Shown here: positions 13,020 to 26,629 of the stretch, piece after piece
Layout: the number at the start of each line of letters is the position of its first letter
Position numbering within the stretch: the stretch's first letter is position 1
Source: Octopus vulgaris
Lineage: Eukaryota
DNA length: 64,000 nt
Direction: 5' to 3'
NCBI GenBank assembly: GCA_951406725.2
Contig: OX597827.1
Location: 22,134,001-22,198,000 of the forward strand
Position numbers and translations under genes: made by a program
The notes under the pieces: model-generated
What the model saw: the letters and a program-made list of their open reading frames with translations, nothing else
Told to the model about the DNA's origin: nothing
The model's database searches: none

Positions 13020-13305
13020 GTTCCAGTTGATTTGATCAACGGAGGAGTCTGCTCCTCATGAACAAAACCTGAAAGTGCTTGAGCACTTTCCAAACACATG
13101 TAACCAGGGAGATTCAGCATGATATAGAATATAACAAGGCTGGCCCCTTATGAATTACAGGTACAACTAATTTCAGCCAGTTGAGTGGACTGGAGCAGCA
13201 TGAAACAAAGTGTTTTGCTCAAGGACACAATGCACTGACGGGAATTGAACTCGCAACCATTTGATTGTGAAGGGAACACCCTAATCACTAAGCTATTCAC
13301 CTTCA
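13020..13305 (-). mobile_element. SINE family D1 (tRNA head, CORE-like box)
   Basis: Reverse complement has GCTTAGTGATTAGGGTG..GAGTTCAATTCCC..TGTGTCCTTGAGCAAAACACTT; homologous to 20215-20530. Confidence 0.8.
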
Positions 13306-13654
13306 CAACAATAACAACAACAGCAATAATAACAGCAGCAAGAATATTAACGAGAGTGCAAACAGCCATCGTCATAAATCAGAGGTGAAGAGGTGGTCTC
13401 TTCTGTTGACAAGTTTATAATATCTGACTCCAGTAAACCTTCTCTTGGGTGGTAAACAGGCCAAAAGGGGTGTTCGTCATCCCCAAACCCTTTCACCTGC
13501 AGGTGTCCACCATCAAATGCGTATGGTCAGTTATTCTCACCTCTACGTACAACACCACACCTTGGCACCCACACACACATATATTAGAGCATACACTCAC
13601 ACACAAACACACATACAACTTCATTAATGCATCAATGCACTCACCCATGCACAA

Positions 13655-14030
13655 AGAAGCTTGAGAGGCGGTTGGATGGAACTTACACTCGCCTTCTTAT
13701 GAGAGCTCAAAATCTCTTGTGGAAGCGTCATCCAACCAAAGTACAAATATATGGGAAACTACCACCTGTATCATCTCTAGCGAAAGGTAGAAGAGTCCAG
13801 TTTGCTGGACATTGTTGTAGAGCTGAAAACGAGGTAATTTCTACTCTTCTCCTTTGGAAGCCATCTGCTCACGATACCAGAGGGCACACACTCTCCTACC
13901 CTGATGTAATCTCCAGGGATACAGGCATCCAGCAACAGGACCTCCATAATGCTATGATGAACCATGAAGTCTGGCGTAACATAGTAAATTCCATTGTATC
14001 GACCACGTGTCAAACAATGATGATGATGCA
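13655..14030 (+). mobile_element. RTE-like LINE 3' end (second family)
   Basis: KLERRLDGTYTRLLMRAQN..LPPVSS..RRVQFAGHCCRAENEVISTLLLWKP; (TGA)n tail. Confidence 0.8.
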
Positions 14031-14599
14031 CAAATTCCTTCTTTGTTATCGTGATTGCGTGCGAAATAAGCTGATTCAGTTACTTTTAACCTTCCACTCT
14101 GCGCTTGCACATGAGTTTGTTGGTGTTCACATAAAATAGTGGCCGCTTACCTAAGTGATTTATGTAAATCTGTCAGTTGCAGTAAGTTAATAGGCCCTTT
14201 CAATTTGTAGCTGTAGTGATGCACGTTGCGTCCTGTAGAAGGTTGCATTCGAGGTGTAATCAAGGTTGTTGTTTTTGTTGAGGATGATTACATTTTTGAT
14301 TGGATGATGTTCAGGTTGGTGAATGCATTAAGTTTTCTGTTGTCACATATCTCACTGTTCCTAGTTCTGTAGTAATCTGGTTCTCTCTAAAAATGTTGCT
14401 GATACAAGCACACCTGGAGCATATACATAGGTGATAAGGAGTTCATGCAAGGGTGTACAAACAGGGGTAGAATACTTTGCTAAATCCCATTGAGTGTACT
14501 AAAACCATGAGAAGTGCATGGCTCTAGTCCTTGTGTCGATTGTAAGGCCAGCTGTGTACTAGTGGACCCATTCATAGCCCAGGTAGTTCTCAGTCTGGT

Positions 14600-16700
14600 A
14601 ATTTTGGGAAGTCCTATTCCTGTTCAGCATTCACTACACTTATCAGGAAGGTGTCTAATGTCAGCCAATACTTTGTCCAACCCCTCTCTGGTACATAACT
14701 TTCATGGATGTCTACCTTCACAATATGCTATGGTGTGTCTCAACCATTTCAATCTGTAGCTAATCTTCTTCTTCTTGTCTAAGCTATGGATAAATTCAGT
14801 GGGAAGCGATGCTTACCATTAAGGTCAACAGAAAACTCCCAAGTCCCTTCGCATCATTCTTCTTCCTTATTGTCCCAGGCTTGCAGTGTCCACCTTTCAT
14901 GCTAAACTTTATCTTCCCATGCTCTATTAATTGTGATCTTTTGCTGATGTTAATGTACTTCACCCTCTCTGCCGCTGCATCGACCACTATTCTAAGTACT
15001 TGGTTATGCCACCCTGTGTACCCATGCACCAGACCTAGTGGCCAATTGAAGGGCATCTACCTCATTCCAACATCTGCACAGATTATTCACCATTGTTTTT
15101 CAATGCTCCATGTTTACAGGACTGAGAAGCATGTCATAAATGCAGCTAGTCAGAAAAGGGATTCTTTTTATCCTACCTTTTACCTTTTACCTGACCATAA
15201 ACTCCTCCCAAGCAGTACATTGTCCCTATCAGCTCCATTAATGGCTTTTCACCTCTTCTCTCTTTAACTGTTTGACTATTGCTGTCCTTTTCTCTATCTT
15301 GTTCATAGAATTGTATGGTTTCAACTCATTGTTGCTGTCTCTAATGGGCCTTTGTTCTTGAACAAAGCCACCCACACAAAGTTCCTTGGCAATCCTAGCC
15401 ACTTGTGAATATAGGCGTTACATTTCCATTCAATTGTCACAACCTGTGTCCCTGCAGTTTCACATAACATCACTGGCCTCTGCAGTCTGGGGTTCAAAGC
15501 TAATTGCAAACACCAAAGTTTGAACTTACCTGGTAGTAATCTATTTCTTTTTCTTGTTCATTGAGAGTCCCTTGTCAGCCCCATTTTCTTTATTCTCATC
15601 CCCTCACTTCTATCATTAAACAATCCATCATCCAGCCTGCCTGCCCAGGCCCTTCACACGATCCTCTGGTATTGTAGGCATGACTTCTCTTACGATCTCA
15701 TACTTTACTTCTTTCTGTCCTCCCTTAACGAGTGTGGCTCATCAGCCTCGCCCAGCCTGTACAGGATTCTCACTGTTCACTTCTGATCCCTTTCTAACAA
15801 TACTTTCTTAGGTGAGTGGCTCTTCATTTTATGGTCGTGAGCCATTATCCCTTATAGGATGAATTCCATTCCAAGAACAAACCATATGACTGAAATTGTA
15901 CACCCAGCTACAATTCCTCATCTCAAGCTTTTGCCAAGTCTGTGTGTAATCCTTCGATGTAAATCGCGTGTAAAACCTGCTGCAATAGTCCATCATCAGC
16001 TTGCAGACTTCTGGTGGGATCCAGGACAGCTCCATGGTATACTCAACCAGTTTGTGTAACACTGACTCAAAAGTCTTTGACAAACCAAGCCTCACAACTG
16101 CTAGCTTTTCTGTCTGTATGGCATCCCAGATCAGAGCTACATGTTCTATTGAGGTCTGCAATTTGGCACAAGGAATATTTCCCCATTATCATTTAGTTAG
16201 GAATTTGGTCTGAATTGGTTTAGAATCGGTGAGTTCTACTTTTTGGGGAGGTAAATACCTTCTGCTCTTATTTATCAGTTCATGATTGCCTTCTCTTTCC
16301 AAGCTCTTCAGAGATGGAAAAATAATTTGTTGGTCAGAGCAGAACCCCTTTTGTAGACTTTGTGGGGCATGCCATCTTATCCTGGATGCTCTTCAATCAT
16401 ATCTTTTTAATAAAGTCCTGGGGTTCTTCCATCTGGAAGTTTCCAAGATCAAATGTGGTTCCTGGTGCTGTTTATTTTAGTATCCCTTGCTTTGGTGATA
16501 AAAGGGTTACCTCAAAGACTGTCAATATAGGTTTTGCACAAGGGTGTCTCCAGATTGTCCTTGCTATATATCAAATTACTATTTCTGCTTTCCTGAAACG
16601 GACCTTTTGCAAGTACCTCTGCTGCTAATTTGATCACTCATGTAATGAAAACCATCTAAACTTGAAGGATTTCCACAAGGGGCCCAGCTTAACGAGACCT
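14600..16700 (-). mobile_element. Decayed RLE-type non-LTR retrotransposon, Hero-like
   Basis: RT remnant IEHVALIWDAIQ..LAVVRLGLSKTFESVLHKL..QTWQKLE (15829-16161); LPGKFKLWCLQ..PRL..YIHKWLGLPR (~15380-15540); YTGWHNQVL and WEFSVDL..RFP (~14800-15030). Confidence 0.8.
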
Positions 16701-17129
16701 AAACCTAGGCTCTTGGAAAGACACTCTCGTCACTGTTGGTAATATCATAAAATATTGCATGTCTATATATCTATATTTATAGATGATTTCACTTTCGAAT
16801 GTTTTATCACTCGTACAAAGTCATGTAATAAATACTATTTTCAAAAACAATACTATTTATTACCACCACCCAATAAAATTAAAAGAACTTTCTCATTTGT
16901 ATAACTCCTCCCACAACTTCTGCCGTTTACTCCCTCGCTTTATCTTCCTCTCCTCTTCCTTCTTCTCAATGAATCTTGCCCTGCACTCTTCTTGTACCTC
17001 TTATGTTAACTCTCTCTCTCTCTCTCTCTCTCTCAGTATCGCTGTTTCACTCTCTACCCCTCTCTCTACTTAATGTAAAGCGTGACTCGAAAACCAACCA
17101 CCACCAACCAACGAGCATTTATATCGGCT

Positions 17130-17188
<59 letters not shown>

Positions 17189-17293
17189 TATAAATTAGGC
17201 CGCTCTGTTTCCGCAGCAGGGAGCTAGCAACTCAAACAAGTCTACACACATACATGTGTATTTTTGTGTGTATATTCCTGCTTATTATCACCC

Positions 17294-17324
<31 letters not shown>

Positions 17325-17750
17325 CTTTATTTAATACCCTTTTTTTAACTATAGTTACACTCTACTTCTTAATCATGGCATCGTATCCGATATCTATCAC
17401 CATCATCACCATCATCATCACCACCGTTGCATTGTACTTTATTTCTGCTCGATTCGTTCACACACTCCAGAGGACATTGACCTCCTTAATGTAATCGCTG
17501 CTGCTGCTGCTACCACCACTACCACTACTACTACTAGTACTACAGCTGCTGCTGCTGCCTTTCTGCCTTTATTTCTTGGCTTTTGTCGTTTATTTAAAAG
17601 TCTACCAAAACAAGCACGACGGCAGAATGCATTAATGCCTTAAATTCCCATAACCTCCTTTATAAAACAGAAACTGTATTTTTCTCCATTATCCTAAATT
17701 CCAATATCCTCCCACATACTCTATTATTATTATCATTATCATCATCATCA

Positions 17751-17787
<37 letters not shown>

Positions 17788-18187
17788 CTCCTCTTAAATT
17801 AATGTTACCTTAACATAGCATGTCTCTGCGACTCGCCTTAAGCGTCAAGGATTATCCATTTATTGATTTTTGGTTTCAATTTCCGTTTATTTCATAATTA
17901 ATTTCTTTTCGCTCTCGTTTTTTTTTTTTTTTGCCTAGTTTCACTATCAACCATCTGTTGTACCCAAATGAGCGGAGGGAAAGGTCCACAAAATATAGTA
18001 GGGAACCTATTAAGGGATTACATACTATGTCGATCGAATGATTTTATTTTATCTTTTTTTTTTATGCGAAATGTGTGTATTTGACTTGAAAACATCACTA
18101 TTATACAATTTAATGCCGCTTAATTTATTTTCTTTCGTTTTTGAAGATACGTTATTTAATGTAAATTAGGAATATGTGTGTGTGTGG

Positions 18188-18281
<94 letters not shown>

Positions 18282-18309
18282 GGTTTGGAGATGATGTACA
18301 GGTATTTTA

Positions 18310-18680
18310 TATTAGAAGAAATGAGGTACTCAGAAGTTCGGATGGTTTTATATTTAGAGATATTTATTTGTATATTACATTTTTTATACATCATATATAT
18401 CATATATTAGCGCTTTCGTCCATTCTAGTGGAGTTTTCAAATTCTCTCCTCGTTTGTCATTGTATTTTAGGTACCTGATCCATTGTATCTCTATGGCCTT
18501 TTTGACCGATCCTTACCCATTATGCATACATCTATATTACACAATACATACACATATGTACATTTCTTATCTATGGTTGGTTGGACAAAATGAAGGTGAG
18601 GTTGTGGCGTTCTCATGTCTTTTAGAAGGGCATGAATATCACAGTTAATCTATAAACTGTATATAAAGGGATCATTAGGG
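18310..18680 (-). mobile_element. Possible highly decayed Penelope-like RT remnant
   Basis: IQINISKYKTIRTSEYLISS loosely resembles the PLE motif TDIYYKPT..YL; DIHALL..PHLHF lies upstream. Confidence 0.25.
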
Positions 18681-19009
18681 ATGGTCACCTGAAGTACGAT
18701 TGAGATGTGTGTGTGTCGGTGAAGGAAGTGGTTGTCCGTTCTGATCCTGGTTTCTCTCCAGTCGATTGTGTTTGCCTTCTAGTAATTCCTGGCCGACCCA
18801 ATGAGGGAGATTAACTAATACGTGGTCGCTCGACTTGCTAGAAATTATAAACACATATAATCCTTTATATCATTCACACTCTACGACCTTAAACAATGTT
18901 AGGGCACATTTGAGGATGTGGTTCTGCAAACCTTTTTGCTTGATCAAGGTTTACCTGAAATTAAACCGCAAATTTGTCCTCTCAGTGTTGAGAAAAGGAA
19001 TGACAGAAG

Positions 19010-19077
<68 letters not shown>

Positions 19078-19669
19078 GTGTGTGTGCGTGCGCGCGTGTG
19101 TGTGTAGTAGTAGTAAGGTTACTGGGGGATTTATGAAAGTGTTGCCGTATTCCTTATGTAACCCTCTCTGTACGATTTCGAGCTTTCTCTACACGTTAAG
19201 ACATGTTAAGATAATAGACACGCTCTCTATAACTTATACAAGTCTTGTGTAATTTATTACTTATAATTATTAATGGGTAATGGGATGTGATATGGAATGC
19301 TATTGAAACAATCGTAACCAGTATTAAACTTAGGTTACACAAATATCTTCACACAAATATCTTCACCAAATATCACACCTTTATAAAGGATAAGACCATT
19401 ATTTAGAATAACGATCATATCAAGTAGCCAACATGGAAAAAAACCATATAGGTTATAATTATTATAGATATATAATAATATAAATATAATTATAACACAC
19501 ACACACACACGATTCTTTATACGGGACACGCAACCGGGTTATTTTTCTCCCTCCAGTATATTCTGCCTGTATCATATATTAGGCATTTCACTTGGAAATA
19601 AATGAATTAAATAAAAAAAATAATAGTAATAATCTATTTCTTGAAGAATTAAGATACCAAATGAAGCGT

Positions 19670-19770
19670 ATTTGGCGTTCATCAGTTCTGCGAATCTGTG
19701 AGAGACGACCAAACCATTCTGGAGCCATTTTGTAAAGGGAAGGAGCAGAAAGCGAAGAGTGTGGTATATT
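19670..19770 (+). promoter_or_regulatory. Candidate core promoter in a CpG-retaining region
   Basis: Inr-type TCAGTT at 19682-19687, YY1-like GCCATTTTG at 19724-19732; CpGs visibly more frequent across 17.2-20.5 kb. Confidence 0.35.
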
Positions 19771-20214
19771 CGCTGTGTCTGTCTAGGATTGAGTTCTTCC
19801 CTTACACCTAACTCGACCGTTCACCCACACACTTGCTATTGTTATTACAACATTGTCTGACTGAATTCTTTTCCCTCGCACGTATATTGTCAACAAGTGT
19901 TTCTCTATTTAATTACCTCTGCTGCTGCTACTAACCCTATTTAATGGATCCCACATCTCTCTTCTCTCTTCTCTCTCCTCGCTTCATCATACAGCTTCAT
20001 CGTCGTTGTCATGGTTTTAACGTATGGAGATGTTGACGATGATGACGAGAGGAGATGAGAGAAAATAAGGGATCATAGAAAATAGTAATAATAGCCATAA
20101 GTAGTGATTAAATGACGGAACACTTGCTGATTAATATAATATAACACACACACACACACACGCATATATTTTAATCGGCAGAAGTTACAGATTGCCTCAA
20201 GGGCCGGGGAGGGG

Positions 20215-20530
20215 GCACTCCATTAGTTATGATAACTAGGGTTCCAGTTGACCCTATCGACAGAACAGCCTGCTGGGGGAAATTAACGTGCAAGTGGCTG
20301 AGTACTCCACAGACACACGTAGCCTTAACGTAGATCTCAGGCAGATTCAGCATGACACAGAGTGTGACAAGGACGGCCCTTTGAAATACAGGCACACCTC
20401 ATTTTTGCCAGCTGCATGGACTGATGCTATGTAAAATAAAATGTCTTGTTGAAGGGCACAGTGTATTGTCAGGAATCGAACTTGGGACCTTACAATTGTG
20501 AGCTTACCACTAAGCTACACGACTTTACGG
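20215..20530 (-). mobile_element. SINE family D1
   Basis: GGGTTCCAGTTGACC..AATTAACGTGCAAGTGGCTGAG..CATTTTTGCCAGCTG..GGAATCGAAC..CCACTAAGC. Confidence 0.85.
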
Positions 20531-21414
20531 CTGGATGGGGTGGGGGTGGAGAGAAAAGAGAGAAGTGACATGGTTGGGTAGTCTTCAGGAGCTGGGAGGT
20601 AGGCATTGTGCATGTTTGGGGATAATTTGATTCATTGCAAAGGTGGAGTGGAGGAATAAATCATTGTAACAGGCGGTGAGGGGGAGCACAATATAGTATT
20701 CTATGTGTGTGTGTGTACATATATACTGGTATGACTTTAAAACGGTATCTGGTATTTGGGGCCTCTGTGTGGCAGTTCCAGGGTTTTGAGGCGTGTGGAA
20801 CTACTTCTTAACCATTCTTATTTCCAAGTCTACTCTGACCTGAAGTAGTAGCACCTGCCATAAGTTAATTTGCATGTAAATAAAACAATTTTGAGTGACG
20901 GGCCCCAAGTGACAGAGTGTGACAAGGACGGCCCTTTGAAATACAGGCACACCTCATTTTTGCCAGCTGCATGGACTGATGCTCTGTAAAATAAAATGTC
21001 TTGTTGAAGGACACAATTTATTGTCAGGAATTGAACTTGGGACCTTACAATTGTCTAGTTGAATATAAAACTTGCAGTTTCGTGTGATTAATAGTCATCT
21101 CACTTTGGCTTTGCACTTAATACTAATCACAGACACTCAGAGAGTGGTACTTGTGTTGTACAGGTAGTTATCACTATAATCCAAAGACAGACAGATGTTT
21201 CTTTATGGTGACCTTATTTATTTGCTTGTCATTCCGTCAAATGGAAGTCCTGTGGCGATGGAAGAGTGGCAACATATGCAGACTTAATCGGTTGTAAATG
21301 TACTGTTACAATGCACCAGGACTGAGTAGTCATATGAGAGGTCATGGATGGAAGTTGGAAGTGCCATTAACAAGGAAACACAAGGAGATGGTAGTCATCT
21401 ATGAGGATGGTGCA

Positions 21415-21720
21415 ATCATCATCATCATTATCATCGTTTAACGTCTGTTTTCCATTCTGGCATGGGTTGGATGGTTTGACTGAGGCCTTTAAAGCCAGCA
21501 GCTGCACCAGGCTCCAATCTGATCTGGCAATGTTTATACAGCTGGATGCCCTTCCTAATGCCAACCACTTCGAGAGTGTAGTGGGTGCTTTTTATGTGCC
21601 ACTGGCACATGGGCCAGTCAAGGGGTACTGGCATTGGCTATGTTCAGATGGTGCTTTTTACATGCCACCAGCATGGGAGCCAGTTAGGGGACACTGGCCA
21701 GAGCTACGATGTTGGTTTCT
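21415..21720 (-). mobile_element. SINE family C
   Basis: (TCA)n tail plus conserved GGATGCCCTTCCTAATGCCAACCAC; two internal GGTGCTTTTTA..TGCCAC units. Confidence 0.85.
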
Positions 21721-21841
21721 GCTGGGTTTTCATTGGCTTTTTTGTATCCTAAAAGGTAAATGTTTTCTACTTTCCCTGTTCCTTTATTCATGTAGTTTTA
21801 ATAGTGTGTGTGTGTGTGTTGTAGCAGAAAGATTCATAAAT

Positions 21842-22225
21842 AGGTGCGTGGCTGTGTGGTAAGAAGTTTGCTTCCCAACCACATGGTTCTAGGTTCAGTC
21901 TCACTGCGTGCCACCTTGGGCAGGTGTCTTCTATATCCTCAGGCCAACAAAAGCCTCATGGATGGCTTTGGTAGACGGAAACTGAACGAAGTTTATTGTA
22001 CACACGTGTATCTGTGTGTGTGTGTCCCTCTCCACCATTTGACAACAGGTGTTGGTGAGTTTCTGTCTCCGTGACTTAGCAGTTTAGCAAAAGAGACCAA
22101 TAGAATAAGTAACAAGCTTTTTGAAAAAAAAATAAATAGGTCCTGGGGTTGATTTGTTAGACTAAAAGTCTTCAAAGCTGTGCCCCAGCAAGGCCAGTCT
22201 AATAGCTGAAACAAGTAAAAGAAAA
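21842..22225 (+). mobile_element. SINE family B, full length
   Basis: tRNA-like head GTGGCTGTGTGGTAAGAAG..GGTTCAGTC, ACCTTGGGCAGGT, internal (TG)n, tail CTGAAACAAGTAAAAGAAAAGA. Confidence 0.9.
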
Positions 22226-22611
22226 GATTCACAAATGAAGAGGGATTTCATGTTTGGCTTTTGAACTCAGTATACTACTACTACTACCACCACCACCACC
22301 ACCACCACCACCGCTGCTGCTGCCGGTGGTGCTGGTGTGCCTTGCAGTGCCGATGCGGGAAGAGTAGCTTTTACTTGTGTCTCTATCGCGTACATCTAAT
22401 AAAAATCAGAGAGAACACTTCCAGCACTTATACACAGGAACATCGCTACGACTGCAGCTAATGCACCCCTGCAACTACAACTGCACCCACCCAACTGTCA
22501 GTGCCTCCAAAAATCATCATCACCATTATCATCATCATCATCAACAGTAACACTACACCACCTTGTGGATTACTATGCAAGGGAAAAAAACCAACTGTTG
22601 CTGCTGCTAGC

Positions 22612-22852
22612 AACTACTACTACTACTATTACTACTACTACTACTACCACCACCACCACTACTACCACCACCACCACCACCACTACTACTACTACTACAA
22701 CTACTACCACCACCACCACCACCACCACTACTACTACCACCACCACTACCACCACTACTACTACTACTACAACTACCACCACCACAACCACTACTACTAC
22801 TACTATTACTACTACCACTAATACTACTACTACCACCACCACCACTACTACT
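22612..22852. repeat. Compound (ACT)n/(ACC)n trinucleotide repeat
   Basis: Directly visible; gives poly-T/V/H/Y pseudo-ORFs. Confidence 0.95.
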
Positions 22853-23728
22853 GTTTCCACTGCTGCTGTTGTAAGCGTACACTTTTAATGCAAAGCCTTC
22901 CCCTGTTGTGGTTGTGGTTGTTGTTGTTGTTGCTGTAGTAATACTAGTCGTAGCAGCAGCAGGGAATTCCACTGAAAAAGAAATCAGTTCTTTGAATGTA
23001 GTATATACATCTATGTGTGTGTGTGTGTGCGCGAATAGGTGTATGCGTCTGTGTGTGTGTGTGTGTTTATGTGTATCAGTCTCTGCTCCATCTTACTCCA
23101 CCACCGCCATCATCACTATCACTTGGCCACCCTTATGTACCTTTAGAAGAATCTACCCTTGTAAACATTTGAGTCTAAGCTTTCAGGCTGAAGGATGTCT
23201 TCCCTACTTTCCACCCGTTTCTGACTCCCTAAAAATAAAAGTCTCCTGCTGCCTTTACAATCTTATTGGGGTCAGTTTTATTTCATAATTTCCGCTCCTG
23301 CGTGTGTGCGTGTGTGATTCTTCTGTAGACATCTGTTGCTTCTCTCGAAGGCATCTCCTTTCTCTTTATGGCAGTTTATGATGATACTGCTGCATTAGTC
23401 ACTGGGTATGATGGCTTCCTCCTCTTTAACTTGATTTACTATTCAGGTTGTGATCATACAGCTTACCTCACTTGATATCTTAAGCACACCTGAAACTGTT
23501 CCTGATCAACCCCTAGCTTTCTCTCTCTCTCCCTTTTTTTTATCTACCAAGCTGCTGTCAACTTGAAATTGCTGGTCCCTCTGTAGTGTCAGCTCGATGT
23601 AACCCCTTTTTTTTTTTATTATTATCTCATGCAGTATCCATATTAGTTAGGCAGCCTTTCATGATAGAGTTTTTCATGCCACTTCCTTGTTCTCCACATC
23701 AAAGGCAAGTATATCTTTTTCATGTCTC

Positions 23729-23877
23729 CCCCAATAATTTATTTTTAACTACCCACAAGGGGCTAAACACAGAGGGGACAAACAAGGACAGACAAACGGA
23801 TTAAGTTTATTACCTCGACCTCAGTGCATAACTGGTACTTAATTTATCGACCCTAAAAGGATGAAAGGCAAAGTCGA
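23729..23877 (-). mobile_element. SINE family A, 5'-truncated
   Basis: Family A 3' half; 8-bp TSD CATGTCTC at 23721-28 and 23878-85. Confidence 0.8.
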
Positions 23878-24475
23878 CATGTCTCAGTTCTAACACACTG
23901 CCTTACAATCCTCAATATTCCATTCTTCTGGTCCTCATGCTGGAGGACATGTGTAAATTTCTTTCTGTCTACCTCAGCCTTAGCCAAATATTCCCATCAC
24001 CTATTCCTGTTCTTCTAGTCATTTCTACTAATGCTTCCTGTAACCACCTTCTTTCCAGCTTTTCTAAGCCTATCTCTTCATCTTCACCACCCTTACAACT
24101 GTGTCATCATTCCACCACCACCACCATGTTACTTTGGGTTTGGTTGAGACTTTGCCCCTACCACGTGTCTGATCTGTAACCCCAAACAAGTTATTTTGTA
24201 GAAATTCCTTGTCATCTCTGTTACAGGTATCCGGTTGTTTCTCTCTGCAGTCTTGTGAATCCCTTAGAATTTCTCTAAATCTATTCTCAACTGCAGAATT
24301 TTTTTGTTCCCTTGTCATCCACCTCCACATCAACTGCTAATCTATGGGGTGTAGTGTATTCTTCACCAGGAAAGGTTTTGATATTTACAATTGTTCTGTT
24401 TTGTTTCCTGGTTAAAATGTAATCTGACTTGTGTGACCACCAGATTGGAAGGTGATCAGGTGGTTATACAAATGT

Positions 24476-24515
<40 letters not shown>

Positions 24516-24714
24516 GAGCTTTCAGCTGTGACACTGACATAAATACACACATACACACACTCAGAAACAATCCCTCACTACCCCATTACTCACATTACTG
24601 TTTAATTTCTGCTGTATTGTTTTTTTTTTTAAGTGACCCCCCCCCTACGCCAACTAAATTGCTGTTGAACTTGTTGATATTACAGCTACCCATTATCCAG
24701 TGAATGGCTAACAA

Positions 24715-24751
<37 letters not shown>

Positions 24752-25012
24752 GGGGGGAGGGAGAGAGCATTTTCCAAATGGATTTTGTGCAGAAGCTTAA
24801 TCAGATATATATTTATAGGAAGCGAGCCTGTCTTCACTTGCTCTGTTTGTGCTTGTGTGTGTGTGTGTGTGTGTGTGTGCTTGTGTGTGTGTGTGTGTGT
24901 ATGCTTGTGTGTGTGTGTGTGTTCGAGAAAGAGAATGAGAGAGAGAGCTCAAGTATTGAACTCCTATTCATTTGCTCCATGCGACGGAGAGGCAGGTAGA
25001 CCGACAGTTATA

Positions 25013-25927
25013 TATTCTTTTATTCTTTTACTTGTTTCAGTCATTTGACTGGGGCCATGCTGGAGCACCACCTTTAGTCAAAGAAATCGACCCCATGACT
25101 TATTCTCTGTAAGCCTAGTACTTATTCTGTCGGCCTCTTTTCCTTAACTGCTAAGTTACGGGGACATAAACACACCAACATTGGTTGTCAAGCAATGGTG
25201 GGGGCACAAACACAGATACAAATACATACATACATACATATATATATGTGTGTGTGTGTGTGTATATACATATATATATTTATATATATATAAAGCAAAC
25301 TCTGTGTGTGTGTGTGTGTACAAGTTCAAAGGTTTATAACTTGAGTTCCACCTGACCGATTCGATTGAAATTTCAGACATGCATTTGGTATATTCTGAGG
25401 CATGTTTTAGTCATAATAACTGCTTCGATCAATGTTTGGTTTTCGCAAAAACTCGATCGACAATTATCAATTTTTTCAAAAAGTCATCTGATTTTAATCA
25501 AACTTGACATACCTATGCATTCTTACCCAAGGTTTTTCATTTCATTATTATTTTTTTCAAATTCCGTTTTCCATTTGAGCACAGCACAGGAAATACCAAC
25601 TCAAAAAATGCCTTTAAGGTAGGCCATAGCGCTGGAACCATTGAGCTGATTTAAACCAAACTCAGTAAACAAATGCATTTTCACCCAACGAGTCTTATGC
25701 CATGGTTCATTTCATTAAGTTGCACTTTGTTTGAGCACAATTCGAAAAACATTCGAACAAAATGCCTTTGTTTAGGTAGCTCCTGATTTATTTTTCTCAG
25801 AACACTGTCCCCATTCCTTCTCCGATGCATAAACAATTAATCTCCACCATGGTGTGCACACACATTGTGACCCCACATGACCTCAAAATAGCCACTGCCA
25901 ATCACAGTAAATGCCAGGTACTACTGC

Positions 25928-25976
<49 letters not shown>

Positions 25977-26158
25977 TGTATGCATATATATATGTATACA
26001 TGTATGTATACATATATATATGTATACATATATGTATGTATGTATGTATGTATGCATATATATATGTATACATATATGTATGTATACATATTTGTATGCA
26101 TGTATGTATGTATATATATAAATATATATATATATATGTATGTATGCATGTATGTATG

Positions 26159-26211
<53 letters not shown>

Positions 26212-26420
26212 GTATACATATATGTATATATACACACACACATATATATATATACACATATATGATGGGCTTTCAGTCTCCGTCTACCAAATCCACCCAG
26301 AACGCTTTGGTCAGCCCGAAGCTGTAGCAGAAGACACTTGCCCAAGGTGCCACATAGTGGGACTGAACCTGGAACCATGTGATTGGGAAGCAACCTTCTT
26401 ACCACACAGCTACACCTGTG
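25013..26420 (-). mobile_element. SINE family B halves separated by ~1 kb (internal repeat element plus TA array)
   Basis: 3' half at ~25013-25230 and 5' half at ~26262-26420, collinear and on the same strand. Confidence 0.65.
25930..26262. repeat. (TA)n/(TATG)n array
   Basis: Directly visible. Confidence 0.95.
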
Positions 26421-26629
26421 CTGATGTGTATTTCTTCTTTAACCTTCATTTTTCCAATTACTGCTGTTTGCTCATATAATGCAAGGTAACCATGACTCTC
26501 CTCCATTGCAACACACCTCTACCTGTCCCGCCATCATACTTTAGCCTTGCAGCCCCTGGCACAAAGCCCCCTTTCTCCCCCTCCCTAATGCCTCCACCCC
26601 ACCCCATTAGTCATGAGAGCTTTTCTCAG

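Noticed and set aside
22501-22972. Poly-Thr/Val/His/Ser-Gly ORFs resembling mucin or His-rich proteins
   Set aside because: Pure trinucleotide microsatellite with no flanking coding signal
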